This document shows positions 1-10,713 of a stretch of 64,000 nucleotides of DNA, piece after piece. Position 1 is the stretch's first letter. The number at the start of each line of letters is the position of its first letter. The notes under the pieces were generated by a model. It worked only from the letters and a program-made list of their open reading frames with translations. It ran no database searches and was not told where the DNA came from. The stretch comes from an uncultured delta proteobacterium (GTDB lineage: Bacteria > Desulfobacterota > Zymogenia > Zymogenales > Zymogenaceae): NCBI GenBank assembly GCA_963792965.1, contig CAWBYW010000006.1:18212-82211 (forward strand), given 5' to 3'. A program made the position numbers and the translations under genes.

Positions 1-228
1 GATGTCTCCGGAGGGAATAGAGTTCCGGTCACCCGCTCCTGCTTCTCAAGCGTTAGCGTGTAGTCGGAAAGGGCCTCGGCGCTGCTCTGCGCGCCTCTTC
101 AGGACCGAGAGAACGCGCGCATAATCGTCGGCAAGGAGCCTGCTCGGCAGCAGGAGAAACGAGATAATGAAAAGGGCCGCGGTGATACGCCGTCCCATTG
201 AGTTTACCATCGTGATCCTCATAGACAT
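1..228 (-). CDS. N-terminal part of an exported protein, DUF1571-like (runs off the window; frameshift near 90)
   Basis: Signal-peptide-like start (MGRRITAALFIISFLLLPSRLLA). The shifted frame continues AEALSDYTLTLEKQERVTGTLFPPET, resembling the DYT...KQER motif of DUF1571 proteins. Confidence 0.45.
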
Positions 229-323
229 CGATGAGTATTTATTTTAGCATCGTCCGCCGGTTCTTACAACCCATATTATTTTATCAATAGATTTGCGGCA
301 ATGCCGCTTTTGCGGTAAAATAG

Positions 324-351
324 CGAAGGATTCTCTCGACTACCCTGTTAA
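324..351 (+). promoter_or_regulatory. Putative ECF-sigma promoter, copy 1 (CGAAGGATT-N14-GTTAA)
   Basis: The same bipartite motif with identical spacing recurs at 952-979. It lies about 10 nt before the in-frame GTG at 362. Confidence 0.55.
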
Positions 352-361
352 ACTAATTAAT

Positions 362-940
362 GTGAAAAAGCCGGCCTTACAAGAAACTGAGAAAGACCAC
401 TCCGCGATGGAGGCCGCCTCCCGGGGAGAGCGGTGGGCTTTTGAGTACCTCGTCGGTAAGTACCAGGGGGCATTGATCAACTATTTCCTGAGGTACACCG
501 GCAATATAGAATCCGCCAAGGAGCTCTCCCAAGAGGTCTTCATCAGGCTCTACACGGCGCGGCAGCGCTATCGGCCCGATACCAAATTTACGACCTACCT
601 TTTTACCATTGCTCATAACCTCCTCATCAATGAGGTCTTTGTAAAGAAGAGGGCCGAGTCCGGCGCCGACCCCGATCCCATTATCGATACCGCAGCTTCT
701 CCGACCGAGGGGCCGGAAAAGTCTCTGATCACCAAAGAGGAAAAGAAGAGAGTCGACGATGCATTGGGGCATCTCAACCCGCGCGAGCGCTCAGCGCTCA
801 TCATGAAATATACCGAAGGAATGAGCTACGCCGAGATCGCCGCGGCGATCGGGTCGAGCGTCCCGGCGGTTGAGTCGCTCTTGAGCCGCGCAAAAGAAAA
901 GATGAGAAAGACGCTGTCTCGACAGACGAAGGAAGAGTGA
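362..940 (+). CDS. ECF RNA polymerase sigma-70 factor
   Basis: ORF 293..940 with region 2 (AKELSQEVFIRLY...FTTYLFTIAHN) and region 4 HTH (GMSYAEIAAAIGSSVPAVESLLSRAK). Start placed at GTG 362; ATG 407 is possible. Confidence 0.92.
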   Translation: MKKPALQETEKDHSAMEAASRGERWAFEYLVGKYQGALINYFLRYTGNIESAKELSQEVFIRLYTARQRYRPDTKFTTYLFTIAHNLLINEVFVKKRAESGADPDPIIDTAASPTEGPEKSLITKEEKKRVDDALGHLNPRERSALIMKYTEGMSYAEIAAAIGSSVPAVESLLSRAKEKMRKTLSRQTKEE

Positions 941-951
941 TGCCGAAACAT

Positions 952-979
952 CGAAGGATTTCTTACACAGATCGGTTAA
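952..979 (+). promoter_or_regulatory. Putative ECF-sigma promoter, copy 2
   Basis: CGAAGGATT-N14-GTTAA, upstream of the anti-sigma gene. Confidence 0.55.
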
Positions 980-1122
980 TAGTAACAGATGAGGGCCGGA
1001 AGCTTTCCCCGACACGGATAGACGCCAAGCCGACCAAGATGGGAAGCGGCAAGTTTCCTAAAGGCGAGTAAAATCCGGCTTTCCGGGAAACCGACAGGTT
1101 TCCGACACGAAGGACGTGAGAG

Positions 1123-1593
1123 ATGTTTTTCAACACACACAGCAAATCCAGGATGAGACGGCTGATGTCGGCCTATCTCGACGGCGAGCTCGAAGGGGAG
1201 AGAGAATATCGGTTTCTCTCCCACCTCGAGACCTGCCCGAGGTGCCGGGATGAAATGGCCGCACAGAAGGAGTTGAGGGCTCTCCTCGGCGACGCTTTGC
1301 GGAAGATCGAGGTCCCCGACATACGCCGTGACGTGCTCTCGGCGCTCGACCGCCAAAAGGAAAAACGGTCCGGTGTCTTCTCCCGGCTTTTCGCGCCGTC
1401 CCTGAGGCCCGCCCTCGCGTATGCTGCGGCCGCCGCCTTCGGCATAGCCGTCGGTGTCCTGATCTGGAATACCGTAAGCCCTGCGACAACGGCCGCATCC
1501 GATCCGCTCCCGGTTACCTACCTTTCGGAAAAGCCGCCGTATTCGCTCGTCACGCTTTATTTCGGAAGTACCAGCGAGGAAGCCAATGAGTAG
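1123..1593 (+). CDS. Zinc-finger (zf-HC2/ZAS) membrane anti-sigma factor
   Basis: SAYLDGEL...HLETCPRC (HxxxCxxC) followed by one TM helix; directly downstream of the ECF sigma. Confidence 0.9.
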   Translation: MFFNTHSKSRMRRLMSAYLDGELEGEREYRFLSHLETCPRCRDEMAAQKELRALLGDALRKIEVPDIRRDVLSALDRQKEKRSGVFSRLFAPSLRPALAYAAAAAFGIAVGVLIWNTVSPATTAASDPLPVTYLSEKPPYSLVTLYFGSTSEEANE

Positions 1594-2089
1594 AAGAGCA
1601 CTGATGATCGTCCTTATCATCTCGATCGGGTTAAACGTAGGACTTCTCGGGGCCCTCGTCATTGATGCGCTCAGGGAAGGCCATCACCGGTTTGAGGGGG
1701 TACCACCCTTTCCGGGGTGGATCGAGAAGATGCAAGGCCTGAGTCCCGCGCAAAGGGAAGAGATCGGCACCATCATGAGCAACAACGCCGGCTCGGTCGA
1801 AAAACTCAGGTCGGAGATAACACAGAAACGCGGAGAGCTTTCCCGCTTAATCACCGCGCCTGAGCCCGACCTCGCGGCCATAGATCAGAAGATCAACGAG
1901 ATCTCCGATCTCCATACCCAAATGGAGAAGCTGATCGTCTCGGAAGTCATTGCCATCAGAGGAGTCCTTACCCCGGAGCAGCGGCAGATTCTTTTCGAGC
2001 ACATGTCGCGCTTCATCGCGCCCCCCCCGCCGCCACCCGAGGGCGGCGGCATGATGAAAGGGAGGGAGGGGCATTGGTGGAGATGGTGA
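1586..2089 (+). CDS. Periplasmic heavy-metal sensor / Spy-CpxP family protein
   Basis: N-terminal anchor SIGLNVGLLG; LSPAQ and LTPEQ (LTXXQ) motifs; APEPDLAAI. Confidence 0.85.
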   Translation: MSRRALMIVLIISIGLNVGLLGALVIDALREGHHRFEGVPPFPGWIEKMQGLSPAQREEIGTIMSNNAGSVEKLRSEITQKRGELSRLITAPEPDLAAIDQKINEISDLHTQMEKLIVSEVIAIRGVLTPEQRQILFEHMSRFIAPPPPPPEGGGMMKGREGHWWRW

Positions 2090-2185
2090 CCTCCGGATAG
2101 ATAGGACGGACAGGCATACTTATGCAGAGAATTTCGACATGTCGACGCGTGAAGTAACACAAAAAGAGAAAGAAGGAGAAAAGAA

Positions 2186-2713
2186 ATGAAGAGATACATG
2201 TTCGGGCTTGCGGCTCTGGCCGCAGTGCTCATCATCGCGGGCGTCGCCCTGGCGGCGAATCGAAAGGACGATAAGCCGGGATTTATCGGGTACGCCGACA
2301 AGCTCAATCTGACCACGGAGCAAAAGGGTAAGCTCATCGATCTCCAGGAGAAGTACGTCACGGATAAAGAGAAGATCAGAGACGAGATCGTGAAGAACGT
2401 ATTCGATATGAAGAGGCTCTATCTTGCCCCGACTCCGGACGTCAAGGCGATCGACAAGGTCCAGGATCAGATCAAGGATCTCCGCGGCAAGAACCGTGAC
2501 CTCTCCAGGAGTTTCCGGGACAGCGCGCGGGCGCTATTGACCCCCGACCAGCTCAAGGCCGCTCCATATGCCTTCATGGGTCACCGTGATGGTTTCGGTA
2601 TGGGCCCTGGTTTCGGCCGCTGTTTCGGCGGCGACAGGGCGAGAGGCGACTGGGGCCACGGTTGGCGTCATGAGCGTGGTCATCACAGATGGCACTTCCT
2701 CGGCATCTGGTAG
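2186..2713 (+). CDS. Spy/CpxP/ZraP-like periplasmic protein with His/Gly-rich tail
   Basis: Signal peptide, LNLTTEQ and LLTPDQ motifs, RBS AAGGAG. Confidence 0.8.
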   Translation: MKRYMFGLAALAAVLIIAGVALAANRKDDKPGFIGYADKLNLTTEQKGKLIDLQEKYVTDKEKIRDEIVKNVFDMKRLYLAPTPDVKAIDKVQDQIKDLRGKNRDLSRSFRDSARALLTPDQLKAAPYAFMGHRDGFGMGPGFGRCFGGDRARGDWGHGWRHERGHHRWHFLGIW

Positions 2714-2730
2714 ACGCACCCAACACACAC

Positions 2731-2760
2731 GAAAAAGGCCGGTTTAACCGGCCTTTTTTA
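2731..2760. terminator. Bidirectional intrinsic terminator
   Basis: AAAAAGGCCGGTT-T-AACCGGCCTTTTTT between convergent genes. Confidence 0.85.
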
Positions 2761-2812
2761 TTAGTACCCGCATAGGGGTGGTTTTCAGCTTCCCGTTAGA
2801 AACAGCCGCCTC

Positions 2813-4408
2813 CTAAAAGTTCTTCTTGGCGTATTCCTCGGCGAGCTTCACGTACTCCATCAGCTGGTCCGGCGCGGCCGCCAGCGTGCCGTCGACAATC
2901 GTGGCCATCGGGATCTGTCCGGGTTTGAGCATAGGCCTGGTGTACGGAGCGTAGCCGAGCTCGTGCACGCCGGTGCTCCCTCGGCACGGCGATGGGGAGG
3001 AGAGGTGCGGAGTGGACCGAGCGTATTTCTCGAAGAGCCCCGGCCAGTGGGCCGGTCCCCCCATCTGGGTGAGCGGAGCGATCCCGAGCAGCGCATCGTA
3101 CCACCCCTCACCCGCGATGAGGAGGTCCGGAAACGCGGCCTTGAGCTCGGCCTTGATCACCTTGTAGCCCTCATAGATCGGGTAATAGGGGTCGTTTGTC
3201 CAGGTGTCGTCGGTGTCGAGGAAGACGCCGTCAAACCCGAACTCACGGATCAACCCGGAAAGCGACTCCAGGAGCCTCTCCTGCCACGCCGGGGCTCCCG
3301 GGTTGAGCCAGATCTGCCACCCCGGGTCGTACGAGCGATCCCCGCTCCAGTCGGGCTTATTGCCCAAGAAGACCGTCCCGCTCGCATCATGGAGGAGCGA
3401 TATCGGGCCGTACTCCGGGAAATCGGGGTGCTCCCGGTTCGTGCAGTTGGCCCCGAACATCGGCATTATCCTGGCCCCAAGAGAGCGCGCGCCCTCGACC
3501 AGCCGCTTGAAGCCCTCCGGTCCCCCGAGCCGGGGATCGGGCCGGTAGTCCCCGTATTGCCAGTAGTACCGTCCCTCCCATCCCGGGAGGTAGGCCAGTA
3601 TCTGATCGCCCGGCATCCGGTCGGCAAACCACTTGACGACGGTGAGCATCTCCTTGTAGGTGTTGAAGACGTATCCCGAAAAATGCATCCCGTGGATGGA
3701 GAGGACGAGGCTGATCTTACGCGCCCAGTCGGGGACGTCCGGGCGCGACTCAAATGGTGAGAAGCCATAGGTCGTGGCAACCCAGTCAAGCAGGCGCGCG
3801 GCCTCCTTCTTGGGGTCTTTGACCCTCGTCATCTCCCAGGGCGCCGTGGCGATCGCGGTGGAGAAGCGCGTCCCGGGGGCTTCGTAGATCAGCTCCACGT
3901 CGACGACGTCGCCGCGCGGGATGAAGGAGAAGCGCTTGGGGGTCACCTCGTCGTCCCACGCCGAGAAGGCGATCGGCTCGCCGCCTCCCTCGAGGAAGAC
4001 GATGGGCATCTTGAGCATGAAGATGTTCCAGTGGGGATAGTCGAAGGTCATGCCGTCGGCAAGGATCGGGAAATCGGCCGAGTGGTCGCTCGTGACGGTC
4101 GTTCCCTTGAGGCCCCGCACGATTACCTTCACGGCCCTGAGCTTCTCCCGGTGGGCCGCATCGACCTTGAACTTGAGCCCCTTTTCGTCCCGCTCCACCA
4201 TCAGCATCGCCCCCCCTTCCGACTTTTCCGTCCCCCCGGCCCAGGTCAGGCCCCGGGCGGTGAGGATGGCGCGCTCCCCCTCAACCTTGAGCTCGCTTCG
4301 CTCCGGATCAACCCCATAGACGTTTTCGTGGGTGAATATTTCAACGGAAAACTCGGTGCCGAAGATCGTATAGACCGGGTGTCTCGGATCATAACTAAGC
4401 CGCTGCAT
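2813..4408 (-). CDS. Hypothetical glycoside-hydrolase-like TIM-barrel protein (DUF6259/GH36-like)
   Basis: 531 aa; YGDYRPDPRLGGPEGFKRLVEGARSLGARIMP and FDGVFLD segments are typical of GH36/GH13-like barrels; no signal peptide. Confidence 0.55.
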   Translation of the reverse strand: MQRLSYDPRHPVYTIFGTEFSVEIFTHENVYGVDPERSELKVEGERAILTARGLTWAGGTEKSEGGAMLMVERDEKGLKFKVDAAHREKLRAVKVIVRGLKGTTVTSDHSADFPILADGMTFDYPHWNIFMLKMPIVFLEGGGEPIAFSAWDDEVTPKRFSFIPRGDVVDVELIYEAPGTRFSTAIATAPWEMTRVKDPKKEAARLLDWVATTYGFSPFESRPDVPDWARKISLVLSIHGMHFSGYVFNTYKEMLTVVKWFADRMPGDQILAYLPGWEGRYYWQYGDYRPDPRLGGPEGFKRLVEGARSLGARIMPMFGANCTNREHPDFPEYGPISLLHDASGTVFLGNKPDWSGDRSYDPGWQIWLNPGAPAWQERLLESLSGLIREFGFDGVFLDTDDTWTNDPYYPIYEGYKVIKAELKAAFPDLLIAGEGWYDALLGIAPLTQMGGPAHWPGLFEKYARSTPHLSSPSPCRGSTGVHELGYAPYTRPMLKPGQIPMATIVDGTLAAAPDQLMEYVKLAEEYAKKNF

Positions 4409-4498
4409 AATAACTCCTCATTACGTCACGGTAAAGTCGTCGGGCCCGTCCCAAAATGAAGTCGCTTCGATGACGCTCCCATTATACCAGATTCTGGA

Positions 4499-5632
4499 CT
4501 ATTTGTTCTCTTTGCGGTACGGCTCCTTCAGATATTTTTCGGCCATTTCCATGCCCGCCCCCTTGATCCCCGTGTCGACCGCCTTATGATATCGCTTTAT
4601 CGCCTCCCCGCGCCTGCCTAAAAGGTCCTCGATCATCCCCAGCCGTGCGAGCGCCAGTGGCCTTACCCAGTCGTAGTTCTTGTCGGTGACGACGAGCGCC
4701 TGCTCAAACTCCGCCGAGGCCTCGTCAAGCCGTCCCTTGTCCATGAGGATCTTGCCCATGAGGTGATGATAGCGGGGGCACGATCGCTCCGTCGAAATAG
4801 GGCGCCCGGGCATCCATCTTCCTTTTCAGAGCCGCGGCAACGGCGAGCGCCCCCTCAAAATCCCCCGCCTCGGAGAGCGCGTAGGCGTACGGAAAATATA
4901 TCTCGGGGTTGTTGGGGTAGCTCTCGATAAGCTCCTTGCCGCAGGCGATTGCCCCACGATAGTCGTGCTCGATGTTGGCAAAGATCACCAGGAGCGCCAT
5001 CCGGGCGCTTGCCCTCGTGTATATGCCGTCGGAGGCCGCTTTCTCAATATCACTGAGCCCCTCTTCCCTGTCGCCGGGGATATCCAGGACCGACAGGATC
5101 GCCCGTGCGTAGGCAGGAAGCTCGCTCATCCCGTACGAAATCAGCCCGACGCCGTACAGCACGTCGGGATCGTTGGGCGAGATCCGTGAGGCCTCATCGA
5201 GATATTTCTTTGCCGCAAGGGCCGCCCGTGATGCTTTTAGGTAGTCCTTCTGCTCGAGAAAGAGTTGTGAGCGGAGTGAATAGGCCGTGGCAAGCAACAG
5301 CTTCACCCTCCCCTCATCCTCTCCCCATTCTTTCTCTCCGGCAAGCCCGATACCCTTTGTGAGGAGCCCATCGATCAGCGCCGGTCGATCCCTTTCATCC
5401 CTTCCCGTGGCGGGTAAGACATGAGGGCCATCGCCCGATACACGTAAGGGGCGGGATTTTCCGGCTCACTCTGTTCGATGGCGGCAAAGGCCTTTTCGCC
5501 GCCCGATATGTCCGCGTTGAAGATCAGGTCGATCCCTTTGAGTATCTCCGACCTAAGCCGCGCGTCCTCGGCGCGGGCGGTGGACACGGCACAGACCATG
5601 ATGATGCAACAAATGACGGCCCGACTTCTCAT
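4499..5632 (-). CDS. Exported tetratricopeptide-repeat protein (two frameshifts)
   Basis: ORF pieces 5375..5632 (signal peptide), 4725..5306 and 4499..4813 all show TPR-like helices. Confidence 0.7.
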
Positions 5633-5633
5633 T

Positions 5634-6374
5634 TCACGTGCCGATCCAAAAAATAAAGAGATACTTCAGGCCGATGATGAACTTCAGCGTCATCGCCCAG
5701 GCCAGACCGCGCGTTACAAAGAGCCAACCCAGGATAATATTTCCGATGAAGGACAACAATAGATGCGTTATGAAGAGATAGTTCAGCCCGAACGGTATCC
5801 CGATGAACTCGAAATATTTGACCGTGAAGAGGGAGGCGACGGCGGACATCAGGACAACCCCTGCGCCCTTGTTCTTCGTGAGCCCCACCCCGATCGTGAC
5901 GAGCCCGAGCCGCAGGATCGTCTCATCGGCCAGCGCTCCCTTGAAAGGAAGGCTGATAAGATAGACGATGCCTTTTGGAAAGGAGATTGGGCTTATCGCA
6001 ACAAAGAAACGGTCAAAGATGAGGTACGAAGCCGCCACGAGAAGAAGCCCGGCCACGACCAGGATCGGGAGAGCCTTGAGAAGGCCTTTCACCTCTCCGA
6101 AACCGGGCAGTTCAAACCGCCGGGAGAACGAAAACCCGATGAGCGACGAGAGAAAAAGGAGGACCGATAAAAGCACGAGCTCAAGCGCCAGAAATGTTAA
6201 CGGGTCATGGCCCACACGGGGCCCGGCCGACGGGACCACGAAGACAAGATAATAAAAGTAGGGAACGATGGAGATCACCCCGAGCGCCGACAGCACGATG
6301 GATCCGGTCAGCACTCTTCCCATATCCGCATTGCCCGTCATGGAGGCCGTGACTTTCTTCCACACATCGTTCAT
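5634..6374 (-). CDS. Multi-pass membrane protein, degenerate CPBP/Abi-like
   Basis: About 7 hydrophobic segments; ALADETILRLGL aligns with the CPBP EExxxR motif. Start placed at MNDVWKK. Confidence 0.55.
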   Translation of the reverse strand: MNDVWKKVTASMTGNADMGRVLTGSIVLSALGVISIVPYFYYLVFVVPSAGPRVGHDPLTFLALELVLLSVLLFLSSLIGFSFSRRFELPGFGEVKGLLKALPILVVAGLLLVAASYLIFDRFFVAISPISFPKGIVYLISLPFKGALADETILRLGLVTIGVGLTKNKGAGVVLMSAVASLFTVKYFEFIGIPFGLNYLFITHLLLSFIGNIILGWLFVTRGLAWAMTLKFIIGLKYLFIFWIGT

Positions 6375-6551
6375 GTCTTTTTCCCGGAGCCTCGCCGCGC
6401 CGTCAATCAAGGATTTGCCGCAGGTCCCGCGCAGCCTATCCCTGTCGCAAAAGGGTGTCGTTCGTTCAACTTTGTTTTTCAGGATAACAAAAAGGAGTGA
6501 ATTCGTCAAGGTCGGATAATCGATATCCCGCAGCGGAGCCGGTCGGGCCGT

Positions 6552-8253
6552 CTATTTGTGGGCTGGCTCCGTCATGATACGTTGATAACGCGCATAGAGC
6601 TTCTCCTTGTCCAGCGAAAGATCGATGAAATCCCACGGGAAGAGCTCATCTCTGTCACGCTCCCTCAGGACGTAAAAATCGGGGTTGATCGGCGTCCGTC
6701 GCATGGCGGCGCCCCAGTCTTCGTTGTTTAGGGCCGCGTGCTCGAGGATATCGGCAACCCGCCGGTCTCCCCGCGCCAGGAGCGCCTGGATATACGACCA
6801 CTTCGGCGGCTCAAAGACGACGGTGATCCCGCCCGTTTTTCTCAGCTCGGACTGCACCTTTTTGATCTTTTCCGAGAGGCTCTTTCTTTCCTCCATCCCC
6901 ATCCACATGAGGGGGGTATGGGGCTTGGGGACAAGCGGGGTAAGGGAAACCGTGACCCTCCCCGACGCGGCGCCGCCTTTCGTTGCGGCGATTACGGTAT
7001 GCCGCGCCCTCCTGGAGAAATCGGCGATCGCCGCCACGTCTTCGTGGGTCTCGCCGGGTATCCCCACCAGGAAATAGAGGCGGAGGTTAACGATCCCGGA
7101 GGCCGCCGCCCGCTCGATGAGGGAGAAAATCTCCTCGTCGGTCATCATTTTTCCGAGCGCCATTCTCAGTTGCTCGGTCCCCGCTTCCGGCGCGATGGTC
7201 AGCGTCCTGACCTTGAGATCCGAAAGCAGGGTGATCCCCGCGTCGGTGAGGAGCTCGGTCCTGATGGACGGCAGGCCCACCGCGCCCCCTTTCTCCCTGA
7301 TCCTCTCCAGGATCCGGATGAGGCCGGGGTGGCTGGATACCGCGGGACCGATCAGCCCCACCGTATCGGTCAGCTCCATCCCCCGCTCCATGTCCGAGAG
7401 GATGTCCTCGACCGGCCTCATCCTGACGGGTGAGTAGACCGACGAAGCCACGCAGAAGGCGCAGGCAAACGGACAGCCACGTTCGAGCTCCACCAGCAGC
7501 ATGTCGGCAAACTCGGTATCGGCGCTCACGATCGGTGAGCAGAGGGACAACCCCGAGAGATCCGTTCTCTTTCGAAGGACCACCCGATCGGGCTTCCCCT
7601 TGACGTTCCGAAAAGACGCGAGCCTTCCCCGGTCATCGTACCGGTCCACGAAGTGGGCCGGCACATAGACGCCGGCGATATCGGAGAGCGCGTCAAGCAC
7701 CTTTTCCCGGTCTTCTCGGCCGACCGAATGTTCGGTGAGAAGGCCCAGGATTTCGGGCGCCAGCCCCTCCCCCTCCCCGAGGGCGAAGAAGTCGACAAAC
7801 GGCGAGAGCGTCTCGGGGTTGATCTGGACGGCCACCCCCCCCGCCCCGATGAGGGGATAGCGCATGTCCCTCATCGTGCGGCGCAACGGGATCTTTGAGA
7901 TATCCAGTATCTTGAGGACATTGAGGAAGTCATTCTCGAAGGATATGGAAAACAGGAGGAGGGAAAACTCTCTCAGGGGTCGCGCGGACTCAAGCGTGAG
8001 AACGGATTTTCCGGCTTTCTCCAGGGAAATCTGATGTTCGGGCTCGGGGAGAAAGGCGCGCTCGATGAGGATACCCGGAGTGTCGGCCGCTTCCCGAAAG
8101 ACCGAGAGGAAGCCGAGGTTGCTCATCCCCACCCGATATATGTTGGGATAGATCAGGGCCGAGAGATGTCCGCCGCTCCGCGGGCCGCCGCCCTTTCTCG
8201 TGTGCACGCAGCTCGACAAGATGCTGTTCGTACGAAAGGGCCCGTCTTCTCAC
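6552..8253 (-). CDS. Radical SAM protein, TIGR03960-like B12-binding family (frameshift near the N-terminus)
   Basis: ALIYPNIYRVGMSNLG, RGCPFACAFC (CxxxCxxC), LTIAPEAG, PKPHTP, FPWDFID. The N-terminus appears in ORF 7990..8253. Confidence 0.85.
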
Positions 8254-8272
8254 CCACCCCCCTCAATCATGA

Positions 8273-9444
8273 TCAATCGGCCTTCTTCCTCAGGAAGGTG
8301 GGGATGTCGTACTCGGAATCCTCTCCGTCGACACTGAGGTTTTTCCGTGTTACCTTATCGATGGCGATGCTGTCGCGCTCCTTACGGATGAAGGTCGGCA
8401 TATCGAGATCGCTCTTCGTCTGTCCGATCACCGCCGCGGGACCGATCTTGATGAGCTCCCGGGCAAGCGAATCGTCGGCCTTCGAAAATCCGGTGGCGAT
8501 CACCGTGACCATCAGCTCGTCCTTCAGCTGGCTATCGATTACGGCGCCGAAGATGATGTGGGCGTCATGATGGACCTCGCTCTGAATGTGGGTCATGGCC
8601 CCCTCGACGTCTTCCAGCGTAAGGCTCTCGCCGCCGGTCAGGTTGACAAGCACCCCTCGTGCGCCGCTGATGGAGAGCTCCTCCAACAGTGGACTCGTGA
8701 CCGCCCTTTTTGCCGCCTCGACGCCTTTGTTTTTTCCATCGGCGCGGCCCGTGCCCATGATGGCCATCCCGGTCTCCTCCATGACCGTCCGGACGTCGGA
8801 AAAATCGAGGTTGATGAGCCCCCGAACGGTGATGAGGTCCGAAATACCTTTGACGGCAAAGTAGAGGATCTCGTCGGCCTTCTTAAATGCGGTAAAAGCG
8901 TCACGTCCCTGCCGGAGACCTCCAAGAGCTTCTGGTTGGGGACGCACAACAGGGTATCGACGTGTTTTGCCAGCTCAATGATCCCGGTTTCGGCCTGCTC
9001 CATCCGCTTCTTGTTCTCAAAGGCAAAGGGTTTGGTCACCACCGCCACCGAGAGCGCCCCGATCTCCTTGGCCACCTCGGCGCAGATGGGCGCCCCGCCC
9101 GTCCCGGTGCCGCCCCCCATCCCCGCCGTGATGAAGACCATATGCGCGCCGGACAGCATGTCCCTGATCTTGTCCCTGTCCTCTTCCGCGGCCCGTCTGC
9201 CGACGTCGGGGTTGGAGCCTGCGCCGAGCCCCTTGGTGAGCTTTACGCCGAGCTGGAGCTTCAGGGGGGCCTTCGAGGCCGTGAGGGCCTGGGCATCGGT
9301 GTTGGCGCAGATAAAGTCGACCCCCACCAAGCCCATCTCGATCATGTTGTCCACGGCGTTGCCGCCGCCCCCGCCGACGCCGATGACCTTGATCTTCGCG
9401 CCGCCAAGATTATTCTCGACAAACTCGAACATATCCATGATCAA
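8273..9444 (-). CDS. ftsZ: Cell division protein FtsZ (frameshift at a T-run near 8895)
   Basis: [23 protein letters not shown] tubulin signature, INLDFSDV, C-terminal DIPTFLRK. Confidence 0.97.
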
Positions 9445-9455
9445 GCCCTCCGGGA

Positions 9456-10683
9456 TTAAAAGTAATCCTTTATAATCTCTTTGAATCGATCGGTTACCTT
9501 ATTGAACATGTTCCTCTCGCCCACCTTGAAGCGAGTCTGGGCACCGTTCCTGAACCCGTAGAGAACCAGTCCCACGCCGGTGGCGTACATCGGGTTATTG
9601 ACCACGTCCACCAGTCCGCCGATCCCCGTGGGATATCCGATCCTCACCGGCATGTTAAATATCTGCTCGGCCATCTCGCCCATGCCCTCCAGAAGCGACG
9701 ACCCACCCGTCAAGACGACCCCCGATGCCAGGACGTCGACGTATCCCGCCCGTGTGATGTCCCGATGGACAAGCGACAGGATCTCTTCCACGCGCGGCTC
9801 GATGATCTCGGCCAGGATCTGCCGCGAGACGACCCTCGGTTTTCTCCCTCCCACCGACGGCACCTCGATCGTCTCATCCTTGTCCACGAGGGACGCCAGC
9901 GCGCATCCGCTCTTTCTTCTTTATCCGCTCCGCATCGATCACGGGAGTCCGCAGCCCCACGGCGATGTCGTTGGTCAGGTGGTCGCCGCCCAGCGCCAGC
10001 ACCGTCGTGTGCTTGATGCTCCCCTGCGAGAAAACGGCCACGTCGGTTGTCCCTCCGCCGATGTCCATGATGATCACGCCGAGCTCCTTTTCATCCTCGG
10101 AGAGCACCGCGTCGGCCGAGGCAAGCTGCTCAAGGACGATGGTGGAGACATCGAGGCCCGTCCGGTTGACGCAGCGGATGATGTTCTGGGCGCTCGTCAC
10201 CGCTCCGGTGACGATATGCACCTTGGCCTCAAGCCTCACCCCGCTCATCCCGATCGGCTCCTGGATGCCGTCCTGCTCATCGACGATAAACTCCTGGGGG
10301 AGGATGTGAATAACCTCCCGGTCAACCGGAATGGCTATGGCCCGCGCCGCATCGATGACCCGCTTTACGTCGCTGTCCGTCACCTCGCGGTTCTTTACCG
10401 CAATGATGCCGTGGCTGTTGAATCCCTTGATATGGCCGCCGGCGATCCCCACGTAAACCGATTTGATCTCGAGGCCCGCCATAAGCTCCGCCTCGCTGAT
10501 GGCCTTTCTGATGGAGGAAACCGTGCTCTCGATGTTAATGACCACCCCCTTCCTCAGGCCCCTCGAGGGCGTGGAGCCGATGCCGATGATCTCGACCTCA
10601 CCGTCCACCTGTTCGCCCACGATGGCGCATATCTTGGTGGTCCCAATGTCGAGTCCGACAAAGACATTGTTCGTTGATGTCAT
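9456..10683 (-). CDS. ftsA: Cell division protein FtsA (frameshift near 9915)
   Basis: [31 protein letters not shown]. Confidence 0.96.
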
Positions 10684-10713
10684 CGTTTCTCACCTCCTAA
10701 CCAGTGAGGTACC

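Noticed and set aside
940-1071. 43-codon ORF overlapping the sigma stop (TGATG)
   Set aside because: No recognisable features, and it overlaps the second ECF promoter motif; probably incidental.
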